From the NCBI GenBank assembly GCA_951406725.2, contig OX597819.1, forward strand, positions 114,080,001-114,144,000: 64,000 nucleotides of DNA, in the 5' to 3' direction. The translations under genes and the position numbers were made by a program. This stretch comes from Octopus vulgaris. Its lineage: Eukaryota. Shown here piece by piece: positions 49,864-62,992 of the stretch. How positions within the stretch are numbered: position 1 is the first letter of the stretch; the number at the start of each line of letters is the position of its first letter. The notes beneath the pieces were generated by a model that worked only from the letters and a program-made list of their open reading frames with translations, was not told the DNA's origin and did no database searches.

Positions 49864-50172
49864 CACGGGAGTGGCTGTATGGTAAGAAACTTGCTTCCCA
49901 ACCTAATGGTTCTGGGTTCAGTCCCACTGCATGGCACTTTGGGCAAGTGTCTTTTACTATAACCTGAGACCGACAAAGCCTTGTGAGTGGATTTGGTAGA
50001 CAGGGACCGAAAGAAGCCTGTTGTACATATATATATATGTATTTGTGTGTCTGTGTTTCTTCCCCACCATCACTTGACAATCGATGCTGGTTACGCACTG
50101 GGGTCAATGTAATCGATTTAATCCCTTTGTCTTTGTTTGTCCCCTTTATGTTTAGCCTCTTGTGGGCAATAA
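49861..50172 (+). mobile_element. Chimeric SINE: family A 5' part joined to family B 3' part
   Basis: Family A up to CGATGCTGGT (~50090), then TACGCACTGGGGTCAATGTAATCG...TGTGGGCAATAAA of family B. Confidence 0.75.
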
Positions 50173-50357
50173 AAAATATATATATAATATGTGTGTGTGT
50201 GTGTGTGTGTGTATTTAGAGAGAGAAAGAAAGAATTCTCTTTCTTCTAGAGATATGCATACCTAGCATACAATTTTTTCATTGAAATTAAATCCTCTACA
50301 TGTATTGAGCATGCTTCTCATTCATCCAACATAAACCAATGTGTGTATATATATATA

Positions 50358-50413
50358 TATGTGTGTTTATACATACTTTATATCTATATATGTATATTTC
50401 TCTCTCCTCCCTC

Positions 50414-50467
<54 letters not shown>

Positions 50468-50523
50468 AAGGGAGGAGAGAGAAATATACATATATAGATA
50501 TAAAGTATGTATAAACACACATA
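50358..50523. repeat. Near-perfect palindrome centred on (TA)n
   Basis: TATGTGTGTTTATACATACTTTATATCTATATATGTATATTTCTCTCTCCTCCCT is mirrored exactly by AGGGAGGAGAGAGAAATATACATATATAGATATAAAGTATGTATAAACACACATA. Confidence 0.93.
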
Positions 50524-50538
50524 CTCCCCTACACACAC

Positions 50539-50585
<47 letters not shown>

Positions 50586-51439
50586 AAAATCACTGATGCT
50601 AGTGTTACATAAAAAGCAGCCAAGTCACTCTATAAAGTGGTTGGCATCAGGACGGGCATCCAGCCATAGAAACCCTGTCAAAATAGACAATGGGGCCTAG
50701 TGTGGCCTCCGGCCTTACTAGCTCCTTTCAAACCCTCTATCCATCCATCCCATGCCAGCATGGGAAAGGGACGTTAAATGGCGATGATAGTAATGATGAT
50801 GATGATGACAATTTATACATGAGGGATATCTGTATTTATATATACATATGTTTTAAGTGCATATATGCATTTATATTTGTATTACTGAATGTAGTATGTG
50901 TGCTGCTTTTTGTTTGATTTGTTTATATGTAGGTCTCTAGATAAGAAGAGAACATCTATATATTTGGGAATGGGGCGGGGGATTATGTGTGGGCGGAGAG
51001 AAAATCTTAATCGAAATAAGCAGCTAAAGTACAAATACACCCTCAACTTGAATGGATAGTGAGTGAGGTGGAGAACGGGAGAGAGTGTTAAAGAGAGCAT
51101 ATTGGAGAGAAAGAGAGGAGTAGTAGATGATATGGTTGAGATGGAGAAGAAAATGGGAGAAAGGGTGAGATATGAAGAGAGAGCGAAGGAGAGGAAAGTG
51201 AAAGGAATGTTGAGTAGGAGTTAGAGTTAGAGAAGATGAGAGAGTGAGGATATAAGGAGAGTTGGGGAAATTTAGAGAGGGAGAAAGAATAAGATTTATA
51301 AATGAGGGAGAGAAAAGATGAGATGTAGTGAAAGAAGATGGAAAGAGGATTATTGGAGAGGAAGTGCAAAAGAGGAGAGTAAGTGTGGAGATGAAAAGGG
51401 TTTGATGATGCATTGACTGTATATTGGGACTGTATGTGT

Positions 51440-51700
51440 GAGAGAGAGAGAGAGAGAGAAAGTGAGAGGGAAGGAGCAAAAGAGAGAGAGAGAAAGTGAG
51501 AGAGGGAAGGAGCAAAAGAGAGAGAGAGAGAAAGTGAGAGAGGGAAGGAGCAAAAGATAGAGAGAGAGAAAGTGAGAGAGGGAAGGAGCAAAAGAGAGAA
51601 AGTGAGAGAGGGAAGGAGCAAAAGAGAGAGATAGGGAGAAAGTGAGAAAGGGAAGGGGCAAAAGAGAGAGAGAGAGAGAGAGAAAGTGAGAGAGACTGTG
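51440..51700. repeat. Purine-rich minisatellite (GA)n-AAGTGAGAGAGGGAAGGAGCAAAA, ~6 units
   Basis: Direct reading. Confidence 0.9.
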
Positions 51701-52641
51701 ACAGAAAGCGTGGTAGAGAGAAAGAGAGAAATGTGCTTATGTTTAGGATTCTCAACATTTTTGGAAGCTGTTCAATTTTTCTGCTAATAGAGTTATTATA
51801 ATGATCTTTTATATATGTGAAGGAAATCCATTGACCCTAGCTCATAGCAGGAAGGAGGGGAGGTCTTTCTCTCTCTCTCTTTTTCTTTCTCTTTCTCCTC
51901 ATGGATTAATGATGAATGAAATAAGTACAAATGAAGTAACCAGGTTGATGTGGTAATAAGTATTCACTAAATGCTTCTCTCTGCACTACTTTGGCAAACA
52001 TAAAGTCTCTCTATTTTGCTGAGAATGACTTGTGTTCTCAGGAACCTTTGTGACCTATTACAAACCATGCAAACATGTCATTATTACTATTATTATACCA
52101 AAATTTCAGGCCTTCTTCTAATTCAAGAAACAATTATAACCATTATTTCATTCTGATAATGAGACCATGAAGGTCTCAAAATGTTAAATTTGGGAATGAT
52201 ATGGTTTTAAACTAAACACAAAGGATTAATAATGAAGTATGAAAAATCCTTATTAAAAGAGATTGACCCCAAACACAATCATGTCTTAATTATAACACAT
52301 TTGAAAGAAGAGTTGTTCCCTTTTTACACCAACACACACATATGTTGAAGCTGATGGGAGAATCCAATCATCATCATCATCATCATCGTTTAACGTCTGT
52401 TCTCCATGCTAGCATGGGTTGGACGGTTCGACCGGGGTTCTGGGAAGCCAGAAGGCTGCACCAGGCTCCAGTCTAATCTGGCAATGTTTCTACAGCTGGA
52501 TGCCCTTCCTAACGCCAACCACTCCGTGAGTGTAGTGGGTGCTTTTTACGTGCCACCTGCAATATATATGTATATTAGATTCTGGCACCCTACAAGTTGA
52601 TGTGCCTTGATTTTTATGAATTCATGTTACAAAGTTACATA

Positions 52642-53210
52642 TAGGTGCAGGAGTGGCTGTGTGGTAAGTAGCTTGCTTACCAGCCACATGGTCCCAGGTT
52701 CAGTCCCACTGCGTGGTACCTTAGGTAAGTGTCTTCTACTGTAGCTTTGGGCCAACCAAAGCCTTGTCAGTGGATTTAGTAGACGGAAACTGGAAGAAGC
52801 CTGTCGTATATGTATATATATGTGTATGTGTGTGTGTGTGTATGTTTGTGTGTCTGTTTGTCCCCCCAACATCGCTTGACAACAGATGCTAGTATGTTTA
52901 CATCCCTGTAACTTAGCGGTTTGGTAAAAGAGCCCGATAGAATAAGTACTAGGCTTACAAAGAATAAGCTCTGGGGTCAACAGGCTGTGTTGTGTTCTTG
53001 AGCAAGACACTTTATTTCACGTTGCTCTTGTTCACTCAAGCTGTGTCGGCCTTTGCCTATCCCTTGGATAACACTGGTGGCATGGAGAAGGGAGGCCGGT
53101 ATGCATGAGCGACTGCTGGCATTCCATAAACAACCTTGCCTGGACTTGTGCCTGGGAGGGTAACTTTCTTGGTGCAATCCCATGGTCAGTTATGACCGAA
53201 GGGAGTCTCA
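52642..53210 (+). mobile_element. Family A SINE (to ~52978) fused to a headless CORE-type SINE
   Basis: Family A ends at CTGGGGTCAA and is followed by GTTGTGTTCTTGAGCAAGACACTTTATTTCAC. Confidence 0.7.
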
Positions 53211-53869
53211 GCAGCAATATATATATATACTCATTTGTTAATATCTAAAATGTTTTTTCTATCCAAGTATGGGTTAGATAAATATATTACTGATAGCTAT
53301 CCATGTTGTATATGATGATACCTGCACAATGAAGCTGTCTAGTGGTGTTTAGTAATAAATGAGCTTACTGTATAGGGTGCTCAGGTGCACTACAATTCGT
53401 CAGAAAAGAGAAAAGTGTTGACAGAAAGCAGCAATGAATCATGTAAAGAAATATGGAACGGATGGTCAAAAGTACTTGCACAATACACAGAAGAAAACAA
53501 GGGAGAAAAGTGAACAGTAAAAGAGCAATAAAGAGGAAAGAGTTCATAGGCATGGCTGGAACGATATTGGTGAATTTTGGGATGCATGGAATTTTTGTCA
53601 GGTGACAACTGACAATTTTGATCCTAAAAATATGTTTCTGAAAGTCGTAGTTGTTGAGCTGATATTTTCATATTATAGATATGTTCATGGTTGAATATGT
53701 TTCTAAAATCAAAGGGGACTAAAATTGTTGTTGTTGGAAAGAAAGGTAGTGGATAATCTTGTGGGTTTCTACTAAGTCAACTGTTTGATGTTTGAGTTGG
53801 ACATTTCCAAGCATCACTGTGTTTGCTGCAAAGAGATAAATCCTGTGTCTAGAGAGATTCAAGACACTT

Positions 53870-53907
<38 letters not shown>

Positions 53908-54174
53908 ACACAGGCATGCTCCTACATTTACATAAAGGACAAGCCAGCAAGGGAGACCTTGATGTGGCAACTTGACATGCTAGAAACAGTAGCCAAATCC
54001 CTCAGGAATCATAACCCTTTCAACTTTAAAAAGATAGGATACATTGGAGAATGTAATCTCTGATGTGTAAAAAGACAAAAGAATTCGTGTCTGGAACATG
54101 TTTGATAGCAGATTTGCTAAATCAAAACTGGCATGGAAGTAAACAACGGCTTGAACATCACTAAGTACACACAC

Positions 54175-54209
<35 letters not shown>

Positions 54210-55928
54210 GATGCATTCACAGACATACATACACAAACATTTACAAGTACACATAAACAGACATTAAACACACACACACACACAAACTCATACACATACA
54301 CTTATACACACATATGCATACATAGACACACATTTACTACATATGCAAACATAGAGGGACATGTATGCAAACACACACACACACACACACACGAATACAC
54401 TGAAACTCAGCATAGTGTCCACTATACAAACTACTAAGTATGCATTGATCTGCTTGTGAATACCGATTGACCACTTAGATTATAAAATCTCAGTGATCAA
54501 ACCACTTTCCTGAAGTAGGACATTCGTTAATGTTTTAATCAGAATCCACTTCACTGATAAATTAACTATATATATACACACATACACACATATATATCGC
54601 AAAAAAAAAAAAAGGAAAAAATGTAGACGAGTCAGGAGGAATGGCGTTTAGAAATTAAACTGTTATATATAATTCATTGTGAAATGCATTTGTAGATAAT
54701 GGTACAGTCTGTTCTTGTTCTGAAAGCATAAAAAGAAAAAAAAACAAGCTGTAAGTTGAAGATGATACACATTACACAAACTGCAAACTGGGTTTTACTA
54801 GCTGAAATGAGAATCTTTGGAATAGAATAAGACATGATGTTGGAAGTGATAGTAGGTTATGACCCACTGAAGCAGCTTTTATTTGGTGACTCAGTCTGTT
54901 AGAAATAGTATCTAAATCTCCCCAGGTGACACATAAAAGGCACTTGTGCCAGTGACAGGTAAAAGGTACCTGTGTCAGTAACAGGTGAAAGACATGCAGT
55001 ACACTCTATGGAGTGGTTGACTTTAGGAGGAGCATCTATCTGTAGAAACCAAACGAAAACAGATTGGAGCCTGGTACAGCTCTCCAGCTTATCAGCTCCA
55101 GTCAAACCATCTTACCCATGCTATCATGGAAAACGGACACTAAATGATGATGAATATCATTCCATCTTAAAAAAAAGGGAAGAATACCTTTGATAGTGTA
55201 GTCCAATGATTCTGAACCATTTATTATCTTTGTATCCTTTTGTTTACTATTTTATTCTGGATGGACTTCCATGGCCATTTGATGGTTCAAAACTAATTTT
55301 ATAGATATTTCTTTCAACATTCCTATTTTGTTATTCACTCATTCACTTGAATAAGTTGAACTATGTAAAACATTGGAGAAAGAAACCTGGTTTTGGCATG
55401 CTAAAAGACTAATTTATATATACTGTAGTGCATTTGAGCACTGTATACAATAAGCTCGTCATCATCATGTTCATCATCATCATCATCATCATTAGTACAG
55501 TAAGGTGGTTAGTGTTAGGAAGGGCATCTAGGTGTAAAAGCCATGCCAAAACAGACAGTGCAGCCAGGCTCAGTCTTTATAAATGTCCTAGAAATTTCAC
55601 ACTGCCTTGGCTTTGTTGTCTCATTTTATTTAACACACACACACACACATACACACACATATACATATTCATACACACACATAAAACGACATACGCATCT
55701 GACACACTCTTGATATTTACTTTCCTATCTTTTTCGTGTTTTATTCTGTGCAAGTACTTCTAGTTTCCATTGCTGTCTGTCTTTACTTGACTTATATGTC
55801 TGCTCTCTGTCCCCTCTTTTAACATTTTTCTGATAAGCTGTAGTGCACCTGAGCACTATTTACAATAAGCTCTTCATTATTATTATTATCATTATTATTA
55901 TTATTATTATTATTATGTGCATATTTAC

Positions 55929-55961
<33 letters not shown>

Positions 55962-57037
55962 TATACATTTATATATATGTACTCATATGTGTGTGTGTGT
56001 GTACATATATATATGTACACACTCACACACACACAGAGGCATACAGGTATATGTGTTTTTGTGTGCATGTTGTGTGTGTGTGTTTGCTGGCACACAAGGT
56101 CAGCTAAGTAACTAAAGCTGTCACCCACTTCTTGTGACCCTTCTGGGCATTTGAAAGAATTCAATTCATGGGTGTTCTCGTTGCTAATTGTGTAACTGTG
56201 CATTTTCAGAATGATATTGAGAGAGAGAGTGAGAGAGAGAGATAAAGAGAGAGAAAGAGAGTGAGGGGGGAGGGAGGGGGAAAAGAGATAAGATCTTTAC
56301 AGGTCTCTCTAGATGCACTTGTCAATAATATCATTGTTGCAATGCATTGTTGCAATATCGTATTATTCTAATGTTGTATTGTTGGAATTAAGCCTAGCAG
56401 TAAAAAAAAAATGAATAGACACAAAATATCAAATGTACGAGCCTTATTAATATATTCTTGATGTTTATCACTAGTAATCACGTGTGTGTGTGTGTGTATG
56501 CATATGTGCGTGCATGTGTATGTGTGGTGTGTGTCTGAGTGTAAGCGTTTGTGTATGTGAAAATATGCCATTAAACATCTGCAGAATAAATGTTTTTTTT
56601 CCTACATGCATACATACATAGAGAATACATAATACATATACATACACACGTACGTTATCCTCCTCACTGCATTCTCATCCATTTACCCTAAATGGCCTCT
56701 CATTGCCATTCTGCCATCATTGCCCCCTCCTCACCTTTTTCCTTCTATTTCCACCCCTACATATCTCTGACTGTCACTGTGTGTTTCTCTTCTTCATCTC
56801 TCTATTTTCTCATCTATCTGCTAGTTTTATTATACTGTCGCTGTTCACCACCATCACCCCTTTATGCAATGCCTCTTATCACCTCTTTCTCCCTGATCCA
56901 GTCCTATTTTCCTTCAAGTTCTTCCCAAACTTAGATTCATCCTTGACCATTGATCATGCTTGCACCCATGTTCATCCCTATGTCCATTCCCTACCCATTC
57001 GTTACTCCTGTTTCATGCTCTTGTGAACTTACCCATC

Positions 57038-57430
57038 CAGTGCTGGATTAACCCATTAAGAAAAATAAGCATGTGCTTAAGGTATCAGGAATGAAAATAG
57101 TTTATGGCATGAAAGAAATCACTTAAAACTTTCTAAAATAATATTCATAATGCTTTATCTCTATTAAGTATAGAAGCAGAAGTTTTATGTAAAATTAATT
57201 TTAATAATATCATCAAACACTTTGTAATTATTAAAAAAAAATGGACAAAATTTTTCAAATTTCAAATAGGTGCAGGAGTGGCTGTGTGGTAAGTAGCTTG
57301 CTTACCAACCACATGGTTCCGGGTTCAGTCCCACTGCGTGACACCTTGGGCAAGTGTCTACTACTATAGCCTTGGGCAGACCAAAGCCTTGTGAGTGGAT
57401 TTGGCAGAAAGAAACTGAAAGAAGCCCATC

Positions 57431-57488
<58 letters not shown>

Positions 57489-57872
57489 TTGTGTGTCTGT
57501 GTTTATAGCCCTGTAACTTAGCAGTTCGGCAAAAGAGACCGATAGAATAAGTACTAGGCTTCCAAAGAATACGTCCTGGGGTCGATTTGCTTGACTAAAG
57601 GCGGTACTCTAGCATGGCTGCAGTGAAATGACTGAAACAATTAAAAGAGTAAAAGAGTAAATATAAATATAATGGAAGTATACAAAAATAAGCATTATTT
57701 TCCATCTTAATGTTAGTTTTGTTCCATTTTGAAAAATAAAAATTTATTTGATGGTTTATTATCATTTACATTTTGAATTATTTTTGTTTATGTTTTGAAT
57801 CATTTACATATACTTGAGGGCACCAAAGTCTTTTAAGTGCTTAGGGCCTCTATGGGTCTTAACCTGGCCCTG
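57038..57872. mobile_element. hAT-like MITE with a nested family A SINE (57267-57657)
   Basis: Termini CAGTGCTGGATTAA / TTAACCTGGCCCTG; 8-bp TSD TACCCATC / TATCCATC. Confidence 0.8.
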
Positions 57873-58109
57873 TATCCATCCATGTTTCCTAAATTATCTG
57901 TCTCTGTTCTTTCTTATACTCATCTTCTGCCTTTAGGGTATGCTCTGATACCCCATCAGACGAATTGAAGAGAAACCTCTGCATGGCCAATTTTTGAGAT
58001 CCACTGAAGACATATGTGGAACAAAATCCTAGGTTTGGTTAAAAAAGGGGTAATTAAAAAAAGAAACAGAGGGCCTAATTGTAGCAGCCCAAGATCAAGT
58101 GATAAAAAC

Positions 58110-58840
58110 AAACAACTTGAGAAAAAATATATGGGAGAGAATGTGTCAGAAAAATGTAAAGCCTGTGAAACTTGGAATGAGACAGTGGCACACATTGTGA
58201 CAGAATGCCCCATGTTGGCACAGAAAGAATATAAGAAATTGAGGCACAATCAGGTTGTGAAAGTTTTACACTGGAAACTGTGCAAGAAATGGAGATTTGA
58301 AGCTGGAAACACATGGTACAATCATTGAGTCGAAAGAGTACTGGAGTCGGAGAAATGCAAGATTTTGTGGGTCTTTCCTATTTAAATGGACAAGAATTAG
58401 AAAATAATAGACCAGACATAGCAATTATAGATAAAGATAAGCGAAGTTGCTTACTGATCAACCCATCATGCCTGTTTGATTCCAGGATCATAAAGAAAGA
58501 GGAAGAAAAACAATAAAAATACAATACCTTAAAATTTGAAATAAGAAGAATTTGGAGCATGAGAACAGTAGAGATCATGCCTATAATAATTGGTGCATTG
58601 GGAACAGTGAGCAAAGATATAGATAAATGGCTGAAGGAGATTGGAATAGAATGCCCAGTAGAGTTCCTACAGAAAGTTTGTTTCATAGGGACAGCAAGGA
58701 TCATCTGAAGGGTTCTGAGCACTGGAAAGACTGCTGAAAACTTGTGGATACCTAAGGTTACAAGTAATAACCTGCTACCTACATAAATCATACCAGGAAT
58801 AAGACCGAACCTGAGTCAAATAAAAAAAAAAAATAATAAT
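58110..58840 (+). mobile_element. R4/Dong-like (restriction-like endonuclease) non-LTR 3' fragment, copy 1
   Basis: CKAC...ETVAHIVTEC zinc knuckle, RHNQV, NNRPDIAIIDK and IMPIIIGALG, with stops; A/(AAT)n tail. Confidence 0.85.
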
Positions 58841-58929
58841 ATGTGGAAAACTGCATACATATTAAGCTTGGGAGTTTAATGACATACCTATCCCAAAGTA
58901 AGTAAACTTTATTAGTGTCAGTTAGGAAT

Positions 58930-59850
58930 GAGGGAGTACTGAAAGCAGAGAAAAAAGGAAAAAACAAAGGAAGTACAAAAAGGACATGAAGAAGACTTAC
59001 TCAATAAGGGACTACACAATCAGCTCTATGTAGGCACAACTGAAGTCGCTGGAAAACAGGTGGGATTGGCTGAAGAAAGGAACACTGGAAAAAGAGACTG
59101 AGTGCACTATACTGGCAGTGCAAGATCAAGCTTTGGCCATGAATTGGAGGGTCAACCTTAGGAATGAGCAACTGTCTCCACTGTGCTTCATCTGTAACAG
59201 AGTGGACAAAACCATTGCCTACATCACGAATGAATGGCCTAGACTTTCCCAGAACCACTACAAGTTGTGGTGACATGATGAGGTAGCGAAAGTGCTACAG
59301 TGGAAACTGTGTGAAAAGTGGGGGCTAGAGAGAGACAAGATGTAGTATGAGCATAAACTGCAGAGAGTGGTGGAGTCGGAGGCCTGCAAAATCCTCTGGG
59401 ATTTCCCAATCCAAACAGATCAGGTGCTAGAGCATAACAGAGTGGACCTAGTAGTGGTGGACAAGATGCACCACATGTGCTATATATTTGGTGCTGCATG
59501 CCTGTTTGATCCACAAATAGTCCAGAAGGAAGGTGAAACAATAGATACATAAAAATCTATTGAGTACGAAATAGCCCAGCTATGGAAAATGAAGATGGTG
59601 AAGACAGTGCCAATTATTGTTGGGTCCCTGGGGACAGTATCAGAAGGCATCAAGAGGAATATAAAAGAAATCAGAAGAGAGTGCCCAGTAGAACTGTTAT
59701 ACAAGGTTTGCCTCCTTGGCACAGCTAGAATAACCAGAAAAGTATTTGATAGCTGAAAAGAACAGATAGCATGGTACCGTCGGCTGCAGTCAGCAAGCCC
59801 ACTACACATGCAAGACTCCAAGAGTTACAACAAAACCTGAGATAAAAAGA
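58930..59850 (+). mobile_element. R4/Dong-like RLE non-LTR 3' fragment, copy 2 (diverged)
   Basis: GWLKKGTL, AVQDQAL, CKILWDFPIQTDQVLEHNRVDLVVVDK and TVPIIVGSLG, with multiple lesions. Confidence 0.85.
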
Positions 59851-60027
59851 ATATCATTCAAGCAGAAGTCTTCCCTCAAATCAAATCCATGATGAATACT
59901 CTATTCATCTTGCTATTTGAAATCATGGAAAAGCAGTCATATTTACCATATTATAAGTAAAGTATATTTATCTACTACACTATAAGAAATATACACTCTT
60001 GTTTTCTCATCCTCTTGAGATATATAC

Positions 60028-60633
60028 TTAACCCTTTTGTTACCATCATCATCATCATCATCATCATTTAACATCCGTTTTCCATGTTAGCATGGGTTGG
60101 ACAGTTTGCCCGGGGTCTGGGAAGCCAGAAGGCTGCACCAGGCTCCAGTCTGATCTGGCAGTGTTTCTACAGCTGGATGCCCTTCCTAATGCCAATCATT
60201 CCGTGAGTGTAGTGGGTGCTTTTTACGTGCCAGGCAAGGCTGGCAACAGCCACGATTGGTTGGTGCTTTTTACGTGCCACCAGCACGGAAGCCGGTCAAG
60301 GCAGCACTGGCATTGGCCACGTTTGGATGGTGCTTTTTACGTGCCACCAGCATAGGGATCACAACTACAATTTCCATTGATTTTGATGTTGATGTACTTG
60401 ACTCAATAGGTCTCCTCAAGAACAGGGGGTCTCCTCAACACTGCCTTTGTTACAAATAATTTTGAAAATAATGAAGAATTTAGTAAAATAACTTTGCCAT
60501 TATTAATCTGGTGTTTGCAATAAAAATTAACAGAAAATTTCATGGAAGATTTTAACTTAGACCTCTGTACAACAAGGAGTATGTATCATTAAACCAGAAC
60601 CTGTCTCAAGCAGTTTGGTATCAAATGGGTTAA
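60028..60633. mobile_element. piggyBac-like MITE, copy 4, interrupted by a family C retroposon (60045-~60420)
   Basis: TTAACCCTTTTGTTACC...ATGGGTTAA; GAATTTAGTAAAATAACTT internal match. Confidence 0.75.
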
Positions 60634-61844
60634 GGGACTTCATGCAATCTACCTATACACACCCTTGGCCATCCTGTACTGGCATCCATCATTCACTTTA
60701 TTTATCCACTTCTTGTTATCCTTTCCTGTCTTGCTTCTGTCTTCTTTGGTACTGGTGCCATGATAGAATGAACCCTGTACATTCTGTTTTGTGCAAAGAA
60801 GAGGGAATTTTTGAGTTTTGTCTAAAATGTGATAACTTCTCTGGTGCAGGCACGATAGGAAAAAAAAAGCATCCAATATACTCTGTAGGGTGGCTGGTAA
60901 TAGGAAGAATATCCAGCCATAGAAAACAAGACAAAAACTTAAGCTTATGCAATGTGGCCCCCTAATCCATCTTGGAGAACATAACTTCCTGTTCAATCAG
61001 TGCTGATGACAATAATGATGATGATGATGAGGAGGAGGAGGAGGAGGAGGAAGATGAGTACAGACACATCTACATGTATATGCATATATGTAGGTACATC
61101 TTTATGTATGTATGTAAGTATAAATATGTGTGTGTATATCATATATATATATATATATATAAATAAATAAGTACATGTGTTATATGTATATGTGTATGTC
61201 TGTATGTGTGAAGGTTTGTACATATGTATCTATCTAGCTACCATTTATCCATACAGACGCTCTGATGCACAAACATCCATGTGCATGCACACACAGGCAT
61301 GCGTGCATGCACACACATCACACAATAATTGCTAGCTGTCCACCTAGTTTCAAATGATAATCGTTAGTTGAGTCCGTGACTTGTTTGTCGATGTCATCCC
61401 CATTAATCCAGAGATGTGATCACGATTTTCTTAGAGATTTCTGTCTTTGTCCAGCTTCCTATATGATTAGCATGTGTCCCTTGTGGACCCATCATTAAGT
61501 GGCTTTAAACATTGATTTTCTATTCTATTTATTCATTTATTTTCTTTCAGTTTTCTTTCAAGTAGCAAATAACACTAGAGTCAATAGTACGTATGTTACA
61601 TGTCTATCGGATCTCACACACACACAGTTGAGGTATGTCTTACACACCGATGCACTGAGTCTCTCGTCAAGCAATACATTGTTCAATGAAGGATGTATTA
61701 AAACAAACCATGTGGTGGTGGTGGTTGTGGTTGTGGTGGTGGTGGTGGTGGTGGTATCCATAGTAGTATAAGTATGTATGTTATTATTCAGTTTTATTTC
61801 AAGATTTCTTGTCAATAAAGAAAGAACTGATTTCTAACTTATAG

Positions 61845-62300
61845 CTGGTGGCATATAAACAGCACCATTCAAGCGTGGTCGATGCCAGTGCCATCTGACT
61901 GGTCCCGTGCCAATGGCACATAAAAAGCACCATTCGAGTGTGGTCGATGCCAGTGCCACCTGACTGGTCCTGTGCTGGTGCACGTAAAAAGCACCATTTG
62001 AGTGTGGTCGTTGCTAGTGCCGCCTGACTGGCTCCCATGCTGGTGGTACATAAAAAGCACCATTCAAGCATGGTCGATGCCAGTACTACCTGACTGGCCC
62101 TCATGCCAGTGGCTTGTAAAAAGCACCCACTACACTCTCGGAGTGGTTGGCATTAGGAAGGGCATCCAGCTGTAGAAACTTTGCCAGATCAGACTGGAGC
62201 CTGGTGCGGCCTTCTGGCTTGCCAGCCCTCTGTCAAACCGTCCAACCCATGCCTGCATGGAAAGCGGACATTAAACAACGACGATGATGATGATGATGAT
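61845..62300 (+). mobile_element. Family C retroposon with four ~65-bp tandem 5' monomers
   Basis: AAAAGCACCATT..AG.GTGGTCG.TGC.AGT.C..CCTGACTGG repeated at ~61846, 61912, 61977 and 62042; (GAT)n tail. Confidence 0.88.
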
Positions 62301-62774
62301 CCAAGGCTCCTTCATTGGAATTTCAACAACAGCAACAGGATGTTTTTGCATGTATTCGTGTATATATGCCATAGTTGGGGTCTTTGCATGTGCAGATTTG
62401 TATGTTTTGTTTTATGCATTCTCATGCGTATAGTTGCATGTGTAGACATGCATATATACTTAAACAATGTATGTCTGTACGTATTATGCATTACACTTAA
62501 ATGCAATACACTTCACCAGAATCTTTTGACTCAGGTACCTTCCATTTCAAGTCTTTGTAAGAATATCTGTGTAAACGAAGCAAAGACAGGCTGGATTGTG
62601 ATGGCATGCAAGCATATATTATATAATAACAAGAGAACTCAGAGAGAGCAAACCTCCATCAAGGCAACATCAATGTCCTCTCAATGATTAGCTGGAGATG
62701 ATTTTTAAAATGAGAATATCTGAAATAAACTCGACTGATCTCACAAACGAGAATACTAAAAATGAACTTGACTG

Positions 62775-62992
62775 CTCTCAAAAATTAAGTAAAATAACCA
62801 GAAAAATAATCCAGAATCCTTGTCTGGTACTGGATCGATGCCAAAATCTAATCAGTTTGTGCCAGTCATGAGGCCAAACATCCCTGAAAGTTTCATCTGA
62901 ATCCATCCAGCAGTTCTTGAGATATCTTGTCCACGGACAAACAAACACGACTGAAAACAATACCTCTGCCTTCACTAAGGCAGAGGTAATAA
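62775..62992. mobile_element. Non-autonomous element with a terminal 12-bp stem-loop (Helentron/DINE-1-like or Crypton-like)
   Basis: TACCTCTGCCTT-CACT-AAGGCAGAGGTA at 62961-62988, preceded by ACAAACAAAC and AAGTTTCAT..AATCC motifs. Confidence 0.55.

Noticed and set aside
61845-62110. Tandem monomers as hammerhead ribozymes or CRISPR repeats
   Set aside because: CTGACTGG does not fit CUGANGA, there is no GAAA core, and there are no unique spacers
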